DNA of 64,000 nucleotides from contig OZ320313.1 in assembly GCA_976226885.1 (NCBI GenBank), positions 118,978,001-119,042,000 on the forward strand, written 5' to 3'. The translations under genes were made by a program, and so were the position numbers. The notes below the pieces were generated by a model. That model was not told the DNA's origin. It worked only from the letters and a program-made list of their open reading frames with translations, and made no database searches. Positions 1-12,700 of the stretch are shown piece after piece; position 1 is the first letter of the stretch; each line of letters begins with the position of its first letter. The stretch is from Iphione sp. A-MEVVRFRX5 (taxonomy: Eukaryota).

Positions 1-1796
1 TCCCTGCCAATAAATGTATTGATATTATCATAAGTCTCGGGACGTGGGCCTCGGCCGTCGGCGAGGGTCAGGGCAGCCGTCGGCCGACGACAATGAGCAG
101 CTTGTCGTCTTGCCCTACGTTCCCAGGGCTGGGCGACATGCTTAAAAACCCTCGTGAAACATGACGTTTAGCGCCCTTGCACATTTTGCCGTCCAACGAC
201 CAAGCCCTCCATGACGTCCCCCAGCGCTTCATGCGCGTACATACTTACGTACGCTCACACACACACAGACACACGTTTCCTCATGGTGCCCCATTAAAGC
301 CGCCTGAAGATGGCCATATTCGTGTGCAATGTATTTCGGTATTTATCATGAGTAATGACTCAGTACCCCTGAGTAACGAGCTTCGCCCATTTGATCTACG
401 CTTCATAACAGACACACACACATGTATATGTACATGCCCACATTATATGGGAAATCACCTACAAAGCCCCCCTGCCTCTCGTGTCAATCCCTACTATGGT
501 CGCTCGAGGAGCAGATGGTTCCTTCCCACAGGCAGTGGTATCATGGCTCCTTTAGCATTGTTTTCAGTACAATTTGAGAGCTGCTCGTTACTCAATCCTT
601 TTAGCGTCCACACAGAAATCGTGAGATCGCTGAGTATTTCATCTATCCAACCAGCCGCTTCTTATCTCAAAGGGTGTGAAATGTCAGTGGAATTTCAATA
701 CTGCGGCTGAGAAATAGGACCGTTTGTATTAGCACCGGCAGTTGTAGAATCGCGCCACCATCGAGTCCTCCACGATAGATACCACATTTTACTGAGAGTG
801 GCAGCCCTGGGAGTGATGCGATAGATATGAGGGTGGGTTTGGGGGATGAGGTCGAGAAGAAGCTGGCATATCGCCTGCATAACGCACATGGCAAAATAAC
901 ATAGCTGTTTTCTCGCCCTGCGTACCGCAAAGATGCTGAGAACGCTAACCTGGAGGATCCAGCCACCGCCCTCCCCAACCTGACCAGGACCCTGGTGGGT
1001 CTAATCCATCTGCACTGAAATCATCTCAGTCACATATCGAAGTGAACAATGCGAACCAACATGTTTCAGTATTTGTACACCGATTGGAGCTCTATGTGGG
1101 CTAGTTATCTGACACCTGATTTCATGGAAATCATACGAGTGGTGCTGATTGACAGCTTCCATTTGGATAATTTTAGTTACATATTTGTATTCTGCAAAAT
1201 TCAAGGACATCTCCCGCTACTTGATAACGGATGGTGGCTACCAAAAACGACTCCATCGGATCCCTGGATCCGGGCACGCACGTAGGGACTTCTGTTCAGA
1301 TTCAGAGGCGTAAACAATGCTGCACTATCACAGAATAGAATACTTGTGCATCTGATAAAAAGGGCTTCGAAGATGCGACCGATCCCATGCTTCGCAAAGC
1401 CATGCAGTTGATTCAGAGCCGATATTTTTAACAACTTTATTCTCCATTACAATTATTCTTCTTTCGGAATTGAGAATATAGTTCAATTATTGGTTATATA
1501 TTCTTTTGACGTGGGTCAAATTAATCAAGAAGCTTGAGAAATATCCGAGAACAAGTTGATTAAGCTAGGATGAACACTGCAATTAATTGCTAATTGTTAT
1601 ATTACAAATGCATATCGACATGACTAATCAGTAGTAGAAGGTACTTTAATATAATGATGTATGTATCTAAAAATTGTCTGCAGGATCCTCATTTTAATAC
1701 CAACCAAATTTAACAAGAAGCACAGAGGAAACCAAGATTACATATAAATGCAACAATTTCGTAGCAGTGTTGATAGGCATATTTAATTCAAGCATA

Positions 1797-1968
1797 CAGT
1801 AGACCCCCTCTATTGTGACCAATGGAAGGACAGATCAATTGTACCCTTATTTCATAGTTGCCCTCATTAGAGGGTTGCTCTGTTTATATTTGGTATAGTA
1901 TTTAGACTGGAAAAGTTACCTTTAATTTGCCCTCCTAGTTGGGTTGGCCACATCATACGTTGCTACTG
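1797..1968. mobile_element. Tc1/mariner-type MITE
   Basis: Ends TA|CAGTAG ... CTACTG|TA (TA target duplication). Confidence 0.5.
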
Positions 1969-3037
1969 TAGTATTGGCAACACAGAGTGCTGTTTTCCCA
2001 GCATTTTTAGACATCAAATAGCGACATATACGGGGATATCATTGAATAATTGAACTTTCGGTACCACACTGCTATTTCACCGTGAATTTCTGTTTCCAAG
2101 TTTATTCTTCGAAGGTCAAACATGAGTCACAACAACGGATTTACATCGGTCTTTTTCTGTCTCTACTGATTGAAGGTCCTTCATACATTGATAAATTATT
2201 TACTAATAACTTGACGTATTTCTCAAAATGTCGAGAATTTATATGCAGAAACATCATAGTCATAATGGGACAAAATTGCATATTTTGGTTGGTCACACCT
2301 CAAAATTTTGGTCATGATGTAGGCTGGCCATTGCACGTGTTGGTCATTGTGCAATTGCCCAAGGATTATTTGTATAGATCAATATTCCCTGTCATATGAG
2401 GCTTTACCTATAATTGTTCTTCATGCCACGGGACTATTACCAATGGTCCTCTTATTTTATCAGAAATAAGGACATTATTATTGTAGACATCGGAAGAAAG
2501 CATGATGTGCATGAAATATTGTATGTTTTTCCAACAAACTTATCTTCAGGTATATCCAACGGCATCGGAAGAGTGGGGGGGGGGGCTCTTATTTATATAT
2601 TGTATACATCATGATTTACGGATTGCTGGTGCACGTCAGAGCAACACAATCGAAACACCAAATAGGATGCTCTTCTACGTGGTGCGACTAGAATTGGAAC
2701 CGTCAAACCAGGTGATTAATGCTCAATGCTACCAAAACAAAAAGCTAAAGCAAATGAGTCACGTGACGGAGCAATGGGAAATGGGAGATAATTGAAGCCT
2801 TCATAATAGACGATGGGGGAGGTATTGTTTCGTGGTCACTGATTCAACGCCACTCCTAAAAACAGCAACATGCATCGTGGTTCTCCGATACAAAAACACG
2901 GCCAATATACAATAGCTCTCACCACGTTACAACGCCATGCATCTCGAAGGGTAAATTCTAACAAGCACGGTAAGCTGCGTATATGTGAATACACATACAT
3001 AGAGTAAGTTTCCTTACTTGTGGGATCCTGTTGGGTA

Positions 3038-3207
3038 CAGGCCCATAGCCAAGAAGTTTTGTGAGGGGTATCAGATCATATGACACCCCAGTACCGCCAG
3101 GAACTCCTAGTGACTATCTCTAATGAAAGTCTGTATGGAGGAATCTTTTCGGGGGGGGGGGGGGGTAATCGGATAATACCCCCGATACCCCCTTGGCTAT
3201 GGGCCTG
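3038..3207. mobile_element. Small MITE with 16-bp terminal inverted repeats
   Basis: CAGGCCCATAGCCAAG (3038-3053) / CTTGGCTATGGGCCTG (3192-3207); internal G-run. Confidence 0.6.
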
Positions 3208-3289
3208 GGGGTGTCTGGATGCACTGCACATTAGCGGAGTGGGGGGGGGGGGAGATTTGCATTTTTTCACTGCAGGTTGACACACAGGG

Positions 3290-3338
3290 GTATCCCTTGA
3301 CATGCATGTGTGTGCATGCATGACAGTACATGCGTGTC

Positions 3339-3384
<46 letters not shown>

Positions 3385-4203
3385 TGTGGAAGTGTGTAGG
3401 TGAGGTATGTATGTGTATGTATCTATGAGAATTCCTGTCAAATCTGTGTAAACTGCTTGGTTTTAGTATGGATCTCATTGAATTTCTGTCAGATCTGTCT
3501 AAACTGTTTTTTTCTATGCAAATGACATGCAAATTAGATATTATTTTACATGAACTAAAGTATGTAAGACAGTGTTTCTCCTCCTTTTAGTTCATGTAAC
3601 ATAGATTCACTGATAATTTCATCTGATTCAAAGGATATATCCTCTACCCTACTTGTACACGACACTGTGGGCGCAGGAAATTATCAGGCATGTACTGAAA
3701 ATGAACATACGCAATATGCAAGGTAACACACCTGCACAGTCATGCACATAGGGAACACCCCATAATGAAATTAACATGCTCCATAAGAATGCACTGCGAC
3801 ACACACCAATGTATGGACACCAGACATAAGGCCCGTTTTCCGTGTGTGAAGATTTTTTTCCACACAATGGATAAGTAGGTCTGGTTAAAAAAGACCCTAT
3901 GGTGTTCGACATGATTGTTTCCTTGGGTCCATATCTCTGGGTCCATGGTCCGGGTCTGGAGCTATCCAGAAACGGAAAATGACCGTGGGCCGTAAATTTA
4001 CCAGTATTCTGGACCACGAAGACCCACACAGATGGGAAGAGGCTAGGAGGGAGAGGCTGGAGAGGGGCTAGGGAGACACCAGGGAGATGCCAGGGAGTCC
4101 GTACTCATGGAAAACAGCTCTCTGTGCTTGTCCATGCTCCTCCAGAAAATTGGCAGAATTTCCTGACCCTTCCACCCTAACATGTACACATGGAAAGCAG
4201 GCC
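3290..4203. mobile_element. Degenerate PIF/Harbinger-type MITE, related to the 23373 element; left end unclear
   Basis: Right TIR TACACATGGAAAGCAGGCC|TAA; contains (AG)20, a TATGCAAATGACATGCAAATT motif and GGGCCGTAAATTTA, shared with the 23.4 and 48.3 kb copies. Confidence 0.5.
3341..3381. repeat. (AG)n microsatellite
   Basis: Direct reading. Confidence 0.97.
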
Positions 4204-5019
4204 TAATGTATACAAGATCCCTTAGTCCGTCTTTCTCTGTATATGTACATTTCGGGAATGGACACAGGGCCAGGACTCGGCAAGTCCTACCCAAGTAAAT
4301 TTTAATTAACACTACCCACATGGACAAACTTGACGAAACCGTGTTCATGATGAAAATCGGCAAGTTACCAGTTTTTCTGGACCCCGGTCTAGGTTCGTTA
4401 AGTGTAATCTGTTGATTTTCTACCAATATCAGTTCTCAACAATCCCCCCAGGGGTCTCTTCATCTATTGTATTTGCTATGTACACATGGAAAGACCTCCT
4501 CATATCATGTTCCAGGTCCTAAATAATCGCCCCGGATTCCAAAAGGTTTCATACACATGGAAAGACCTCCTTATGACTCATTCAATGAAAACTGAAATCT
4601 TGGGGAAGATTTTGCACTGTGTTCCTTCAAACACGCCTGCCTCTTTCTCTACCTCAGGTTTTGAGCTATAGAAACTGGTCGTTGATACAGACGGGTGTTA
4701 GAAATAAAATGGCAGATAAGATGTCCTTCTACGCATGTCAGTGGCAGAATAAAGGAATAATGCTTGCCCCGCAGATACGGCGTAACTGGTTTACCCTAAT
4801 AAAATGATCGAGGATCTCTAATCTAGCCGCCCATTTGTATAAAGCTCGGTTAGGTGCTACTGACAGGCCGAAGATCTTACATAACTGACGACTTGGCAAA
4901 CTGAAGGGTTCGTGGATGCAGTTAATTTGCTCTGGTACATGTTGCCAACCTCTGTATGACAAGTTGTACCGAAGCGGCCTTGAAAATGTATTCTTTTTGA
5001 TGATAGGAGAGCCGGCCGG

Positions 5020-5320
5020 CGTCTCCTCTTCTAATAGGGCAATTTACTCATATTTTGGAGGAGAGTAACTGAAGCACTTAATAGAATCGGTTATACAAGC
5101 TGCTCAAAATATGCCATCGCAGAGGACTACAGTAAATGAGATGGTCGTCGCCTCTGCGGCAAGTAGGTCTATACTTTTTGTCAGACCTAAGAAGTATAGG
5201 GGTTATAGAAGCCATCTCTTGGGTTTTTTTGAAAGCTGGGGACAAAGCACACTCCAGTGTGGTTGTGATGCAGCAAAAGATTGTTCGCGATTTCAATGAA
5301 CAAATATTTAGGGTGAGTCT
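5020..5320 (-). mobile_element. Possible heavily decayed non-LTR (CR1/L2-like) reverse transcriptase fragment
   Basis: Frameshifted minus-strand peptides ASITPIL..KYRP and FEQLV/YNRFY resemble the RT N-terminal ITPIxKK..NYRPISL..FEKLVYNRL motif; many stops. Confidence 0.3.
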
Positions 5321-6549
5321 CTTTCTTTTCCTTCTTGGCATATAAATTTGAGATTTTCATCCTGAACAGATCAATCTGTTGTGAGAAGTTCGTGCATGAT
5401 ATTCATCTGTTCGCTCCCACTTTTAGAAGGAAAGCAGAACGGGCTTGACCATGATAGCTGTCACACTGCGTTTAAAAACTGTCCATTACACTAGTCATCA
5501 CATTTAATCAACCACCATTTTGGACATTATAAGCTGAACCCCTGGAATTACTTGTCCAACCATCATCATCTGTGTCAATTTGATGACGCAGTAGGCCTTT
5601 CTGACAATCGCCCCTTCAAAACAGTGGTGGTTGGGGTGGAGGTTGAGGTGGAGGTTGGGGTCCAGACCATGTCCCTATCCCGATACTTTTGTCCCATGGG
5701 AAACACATTTTCTAAAATGATTCAAAAGTCATACCAAGACAGCCTCTTATAAGCCATACGTATACCCCAGCATAATTATAAGTTCGTTGGCCTGGCTGAT
5801 CAACACATAACCTATCACAATGATGTGCGCATCGCACAGAAACAACGAGAAAACCCTCTTAGTTGTCATCACATCCAATCTATAACGCATTGGAAAGGTT
5901 TGACGTGTTCTTTCAAGCAGGGAGAAGAACTGTGCTCCTAGGTCGGTAGTCATGGCGGGGTTGGACCCTCACGACCCGCAGCAGCCGGGCACATATACTT
6001 AATCCCCCATCTCTCTAGCCATTACGAAATGATTAGGCCCAGAGCAAACATTTTATTGGACCATCGGGGTCGAGGTCTGTCCCCCATAACGGCATATGAT
6101 TGGCCAAATTGCCAAAAGGGGCGAAAGACGAGGCCCTGCTTAATAGGATACTCTAGGTCGACATGCAAGAGAAATGGTGTCTTCAAAATGATTGAAACAG
6201 AAAACGTATCTTACAGATTATTCTCTTCGTTCAACATGTTCTCACTCTACTTACAGCAAATCCTTATGATTCATTACATCCATTTTCTGTATAACTTGCA
6301 TATTTGCTGAATAAGTTTTCATTGTTTTTCCTCCTTTCATCTTGTTTTTGTTTCCTGTCAGAAAAGAAAGTGCTAAGTTAATGAGTTCAACGGACGAACA
6401 TTTGTTCCGACTCAGAATAAGACAATACGTTTTTTCCGTGAGCTGCGACCTCGAAAATAAATTTAGACGTTTCACCTAATCTACCCCATTTACAGCAAAT
6501 TGGCTTTGCTCAGCTCAAATAAATCATTACTTTTTGATACTTCTTTCAG

Positions 6550-6734
6550 ACATACCGCCCCCAACTATTACTGAAGCCCGCCATATAAGTTTAAATGCCG
6601 TCCGCGTGTCATGGGAAATAACCGCTACGTCACTTTGGAACCGAACAAAAGACATCACAGGATTCGAGGTTGCTTTGAGCAAAAATGACTGCCCTAGTGG
6701 CAGTAGAAAGAAGAAGTTGGACAAAAATGAACGG
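6550..6734 (+). CDS. Gene A exon: FN3 domain, first half
   Basis: ttctttcag|..|gtaagt; [25 protein letters not shown]...[11 protein letters not shown], with the FN3 SW and F/Y-x-V pattern; phase 1 to 0. Confidence 0.75.
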
Positions 6735-9700
6735 GTAAGTGTGCGATTGTGTTTTGTTTAAAAAAAATTCGATCGAACCTTGTAAAGAGCAATTCCGCTG
6801 TTTTAATTATTTTACCACAATATGCAAACAAACAGGGTCGGGCCTATCCCCTCTTACATGGATAATTCTATAGGGCCAGCATGTACTGAAAATGCAGCGT
6901 GTGCATTTTTTCCACTTCTTTTAACATGAACCGGGCACAGTAAATATTTCGATAAAGGTATAGTGTTGGATAACGTTGGGGGTGAATCTTATAATAATCT
7001 TAACATCAAGGATTCTATGTTTTGATCCTGTAGACCACCACGTTCTGGGAAGTGATGACTGGCCCGCTCTTCGCGTGTGTGCAGACTATGACGTCAAACG
7101 AGACGAGTAATTGGGGCCATGTGAGCCTAAAAACTGAAGGTGAATTGATGATACGCTTAAACACACACACGCAGGCACACACACACAGATATACATAGTA
7201 GGAACAACTCAGAATTATGACAATGGATGAGACCAGACAATTGCGCCCTTAACTACTACCTGGGTTGGTTATGCATTAGAAATCAAGTACAAGTAATTGT
7301 GACCAGCTAAAGCTGGCCTTAATTCTGAGATGTCGTAATTGTTGAGTTGACCAACGTGCACGTTGCCTCTTGATACATTGTATATACATTTATATAATGT
7401 TTACATTGTATGTCAGATATAAACATTGACAACATAGAAGGGGAATATGGTAGAGGGGAAGTGCTGGAGGGGGCGGAACAAGTGATGATAAACAGGAAGC
7501 AGAAGGAGAGGACCAATAATGAAATAGCCATGACCCGTAACACTTTAGATAGAATATGACAAACATTATGTACAAGTACGTTCATACCGCAAATTAGCAT
7601 GGTAGCCATCAAAATATAAGCAGTTTAGACATGGCATGCATACACATGTACATTATACATATGTATATTTATGTGTATGCATTCTTATCAACGCTTGTGC
7701 AAACACATCATGTATACACAATCATGCAACTGGCCTCAAGAAAATTGTTCCCCACTTTGCTTTAACGGATCGCATGATGCCAGTTATATTGCTTAGAAAG
7801 AAAGTTACAACTGGCCAATAAGGTGACCATTTGTAAGACACAGTCAGGATTCTTGAATCGAGTATGTGGATATATACACGGACAAAATATGATAATCACG
7901 ATATAATAAGCATGTATGGACGGCCTTCATTGACTTAGTACACATTAACCACCACTTCGAGACCACAAGCCGTTGTGCACTATGCTTACTTGGCTTTCCC
8001 CTCGCTAAGTTCTCATCCTCGGCATGCAATCGAGGTCTGCAGAGGGTTTTTGATGCACAGATTTGCAGACGCATCTGGTCACTTGGGACTGGTGCCAGAG
8101 GCCAATGCCTGTCTTTTGCTGACCCACTGCACCTGCGGGGCATGGACCGACTGACCTTTCTAGTGGATTAAGCGCCTAATTCACTCCTGCAGACCACCAT
8201 CTACCTACACTGGCTTTTGCCAGCATGTAGATTGCATTCCTCTTTTAAAAACCATCTCAGCAGCTGATCAATGCGGTCTCGGCGGTAGATCGGTTCCAAT
8301 CAAGTGATGAAGCTGTAGCGTGTCTGGAAATACCATTGGTAGATGTAGGGTATCGGCCGAAAATTAGCCCAATCCACCTGCAAATATATCTGCATCATTT
8401 TAGGAGATATCCCTGTTCGTTATCGCTCCAATAGTCTACAGCCGAGCCACTTTTACTCCCGGCGATGATCATTGCCACGTGTGAAATATGATCGTTGGAT
8501 GTCGGGTGTAGATTGTTGACGACAGACCTGTCACCACCAGGTAGATAAGCCTGTACCCCTGACTGTTGCAGTGAAAACGCCTCCCCGCATCGTCAGTAAC
8601 CTGGCCGCTCACAAGATCTATTACCCGTCTGAGGACATTAGTCTGCCCTGCGAGGCTACAGGATCGCCGCCACCAGAGTAAGTCGGTTTACACCTACAAC
8701 TTCACATTTAATTCCAGGTGGTGCTGCGGGTACTATCTCCAGCCCCGCCAATGCCCCTTAGGTCCCACCCTTGCTGGAATCACTCTAGAAAAATATTCAT
8801 TCCAATGGGCTTCTTATCGTCTCGAGACTGCAATATGTGGCTGGGGATGGGTGGGGGATGATGTAGTGAGGAAGTGTTCTGGCGAAAAAAATACCACATT
8901 TCCGTATTCTCCTACATTAAAAAGGTCATGCAATTACCGAGAAGGTGCATTGCAAGACATTACTATAACTTGGTAAAAACCTCTTTACTTCCAATATACT
9001 AGTCTCGTGCTTGAAGGAGAGAGAGGATGAACAGATCCTGCTAAGTACTTTGAGGTGCTTTGTAAACTGGAAGAGTGGCATGTTTGTGAGTAAACCGTTA
9101 ACACGATAAACATGTAAGAAGGCCCTTTTGTGAATCTGATTCGAAATGTGTGTCTGATGAACTACCCCTGTATTTTCAAGGAATATGGATTGTATGGTTA
9201 TAGTCTTAAGAAGCAAAATGCCTTTCAGTGTTTAAACTGCTGAAAACTGCCCCCCCCCCCAAAAAAAATAGGTGTGTTTCTGGTAATGACCAGCCAAAAA
9301 CCTAGATATGGAGGGGGGGTATCTTTATTTTTTAGATGTTTTCCCAGTTTCTTCCAATGGTTTGAAAAATGCTAAGACAATATCAAGAATTTCGACCAAT
9401 CTGTATGAGTTTTACATTTTGTTGGTGAATTTCCATGGATTTTGCTGTTTTTCTACTAAATTTACCAAAAAACTGTGCCGTGAAAAAACTTATCTAAGGA
9501 ACTTCAGCCTTGGAAACTCTTTGGGGCCAAAAAATTTTTAGGTAGGGGTGGTTACCAGAAACACACCTATTTTTTGTTTTTGGGCCTTATTAATCTTAGC
9601 GGAAAATAATGTGAATAGAAAAACCCTATCAGTTAACTGGACCGTTTGCATGACCTCTCTTCTAAATGCCATTTAGGGACGGTCAATTTATAATGCTGCA

Positions 9701-12700
9701 CACCTTAAAAGGCGAGGCTGTTATCCATTCTTCATAGATCACTGCGTTTCCGTCTGTTCGAAGCAGGATTTGTTCGATCTTAAGTGCATTATTGCTCATT
9801 ACTAAACTACATTGCACGTACATTGTTTTTCGAAGCGTAGGGAATGACCCCTTCGTTTATTTTCTGACTGAAATCCACTGTCATGTGCTATTGTGTTGCT
9901 TAAAAAACAACAATAGGATCACCTGGTTCGTCAACGGGAAACTCATTAGCTCGAGTTGGAACGGCTATGAGTTGTTTCCCAATGGGACGCTCTACATCGA
10001 CCACGCCTATGGGCAACACCAGGGGGAATACCGGTGCCATGCTACCAACACCGTTGGCAGAGCAGTCTCCGACGGAGCGTTGCTTGAATTTGCTGGTCAG
10101 TACGCAGTCTCGGCGCCATAATCCACTATCATCCTTAGAATTCATGTTTTAAACAAATGCTGCATGATCTAAATTGGCTTCTAAACGAGTATGCCTCTGT
10201 TAATCAAGTACATGTAGATGTGTCCTTTGATTTCACTTCATTGTAGGAAACTTTTTTGTTGTACGAATTGCTTTGGACTTGATGATTTTTAGATACCATT
10301 TGTAACTGTAAAATTATACATCTGTAGTTGTTCCCTTTTATTATAGTGACTTCCTGCTTAAAACAGATGATAAACGTTGCTTCAGGTCACACAATTTCTA
10401 GAAAAAACTAAATTTGTCATGCGGGTGCTTCTTTCTCGGGGACTTCGTTAACAGAGGTATACCTGTGATATCTTTCTAGTTAAACAAGACGTCCCACGTG
10501 CACAACAATATTAAATGTACTCTGTCATCTTCTTACGTACAGTGCTTGATTCGTTCCCCTACCGTCCACCCAACACTATGGAGGCCCACGCCGGTCACAG
10601 TCTTCGCCTACCTTGCGCCCAGAAGCCGCACAGTGTACCAGACGCCGAGATAACCTGGTACCAGGCGGACACGGAGAGCAACTTTGTGTCAGAAAACGAG
10701 CAAGTCATCACAAATCACAGGCGGGCTCTCGCGCCGGACGGTAAGTCGTCCCTGTGCCTCCCCAGCCATGCATTCAATCAACTACTAATTTCCTCGTCAT
10801 CGTCTCTGAATTGGTGAACAAAGTAGAAGGATAGACACCTCTTGAATGTATGCGTCCCAATTACCTTGCAAAATAGAAGCAACTGTTGTGACGTCCTCTC
10901 CAATAAACACATATACCTATTACCTCTGCCCTAACAGGCTCCCTGCTGTTCATCTCCGTTGTTAGCACAGACAGTGGGTTCTATAAGTGTGAGCTATGGA
11001 ACAACCAACTGGACAAAGGTGTCTTTGGGAGTGGCTCTATAGTAGCAGTACGAGGTAAGTAATCTGTTTTCCTTTCAGGTGTATGTTCATCAAAGGAATC
11101 ACCATTTAAATTTTATAAGTTGTATAAGGATTCATGAAGAATTGAGGCATATCATTCCCACTGGTCAACACACATGCACATATAACTCATCTGACTGTGT
11201 TATTGTGTGTAGCTACAATAATAATGCATAACAGATGTTTCAGTGTTTGTTCCGATTTTTTTACTGCATGGCCATACCAAAAATGCTTTGGTAGTAACAT
11301 GTTAATATGTAGATATTGAATACAAATGTTAAATTTTTGACACTTTCAATAAGCTGGTGTTAATTATGGCCTGTCAGTAATATTTAAACTCTACAAAAAA
11401 ATCATAAAACCTGTTACAATGCTATACAGTTGGGCACCTCCACAGGGACGCGCCTGGTAACAACCCTCATAGGTACCTCTGGTGGAGGTAATAATCTCAG
11501 AGGTTCCTCTGAGGCCTGAAATAGTCTTGGAGGTGTGAGAGAGACAGTCAATCACTTCAATCGAGGTTCCTCTGTTAATGGGAAACGTCTCAGAGATGAG
11601 AGAGAAGGGTGAACTCAGTTGGAGCTTCAGTTGGAACACCTCTGAGAGCTGGAATCGGCTCGATTGTTTGTGCTCCACACCCCCTACCAATTTCCTTACT
11701 TGGTGATGTCCCTGATGAACGAACATACCATGGGAACAACCTGACTTGTAAAACAGGGCTTTAGGCTCCATTCTACGGGATAACTTGCAGAGAGTGACCT
11801 TAGGCCACAAAATTTTGGATCATGCCGTGCCTCTAATCAGGAGAGTTTGGGGCAGAACCAAGGATGTCCCGATTAGACGCACCTGACTATATATAGGTTC
11901 ACCAATGATTTCTATACAGTGTTGAGAAGAAAGGCCTACGCAGTAGGCAAACTAACCATATAAAGTAACTATTTTAGAGTTTTGTTGAATTCCTATGATT
12001 TCCCATCTTCTTTCGACAGGTGGAGAAGACTTCCGCATAGCCAAACCATCTCTACTAGATAGCTCGTCAGACAACATCTTTGCCTTAGAAGGCGACAGAG
12101 CGACTATAACTTGTATATTTGGTGGAAGGTTAGTGAATGCGCACGTCAAGATATTCTAGAATTCTGGTTGCTTGATAGTATTACTTGTAATGGGAGAACA
12201 TGAAATCTTCTAAAGGTTTCGATCAAATATATATCGCGTTTCTAAAAGTAGAGACCAATGTTTACTCGTAAAAGGACTGTAAACAAATGTTCGATTTGAG
12301 CGACGTTTCCGGCATAAGTACCATTGCTGTAGATATGTAGATATATACTCCAGATAAAATTCCCTGTCTATGGACTGAATTAAGAAAAACAGTCAAATTG
12401 CTGCATCAGCTGTTCTCCTCTCCCACCCCTTTCCCTTTAAAAAAGGCCTACCCCTGACATCCTCTGGACGCGCGTTGGCGGCCGTCTGGACAGTCGGCAC
12501 CGAGTCATCGACTACAACCGGACGCTGGTCATCGACCCCGTCCGACTGAACGACACCGGCGACTACGAGTGTATCGGCTCCAACAAAGACGACGGCAGGA
12601 CGCTGTACAGCCACCCGGTCAAGTTCAAGCTCATCGTCAATGGTCATTATTAATTAAGGCATGGCTCCAACAGAGTAGTTCTTAAAACAAGGGATGGCGA

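Noticed and set aside
177-710. 177-aa ORF (also 13079-13633, 43970-44437, 52756-53280 and 11391-11810)
   Set aside because: No recognisable domain, splice support or codon pattern; several overlap low-complexity or repeat-derived DNA
6362-6437. Strong acceptor at 6361 with a gtgagc donor at 6438, as an upstream exon of gene A
   Set aside because: The frame that would join 6550 in phase contains a stop; at most a non-coding or alternative exon
7319-7612. Minus-strand ORF with a signal-peptide-like stretch ([19 protein letters not shown])
   Set aside because: Wrong strand for gene A, no linked downstream exons; reflects a purine-rich intron tract
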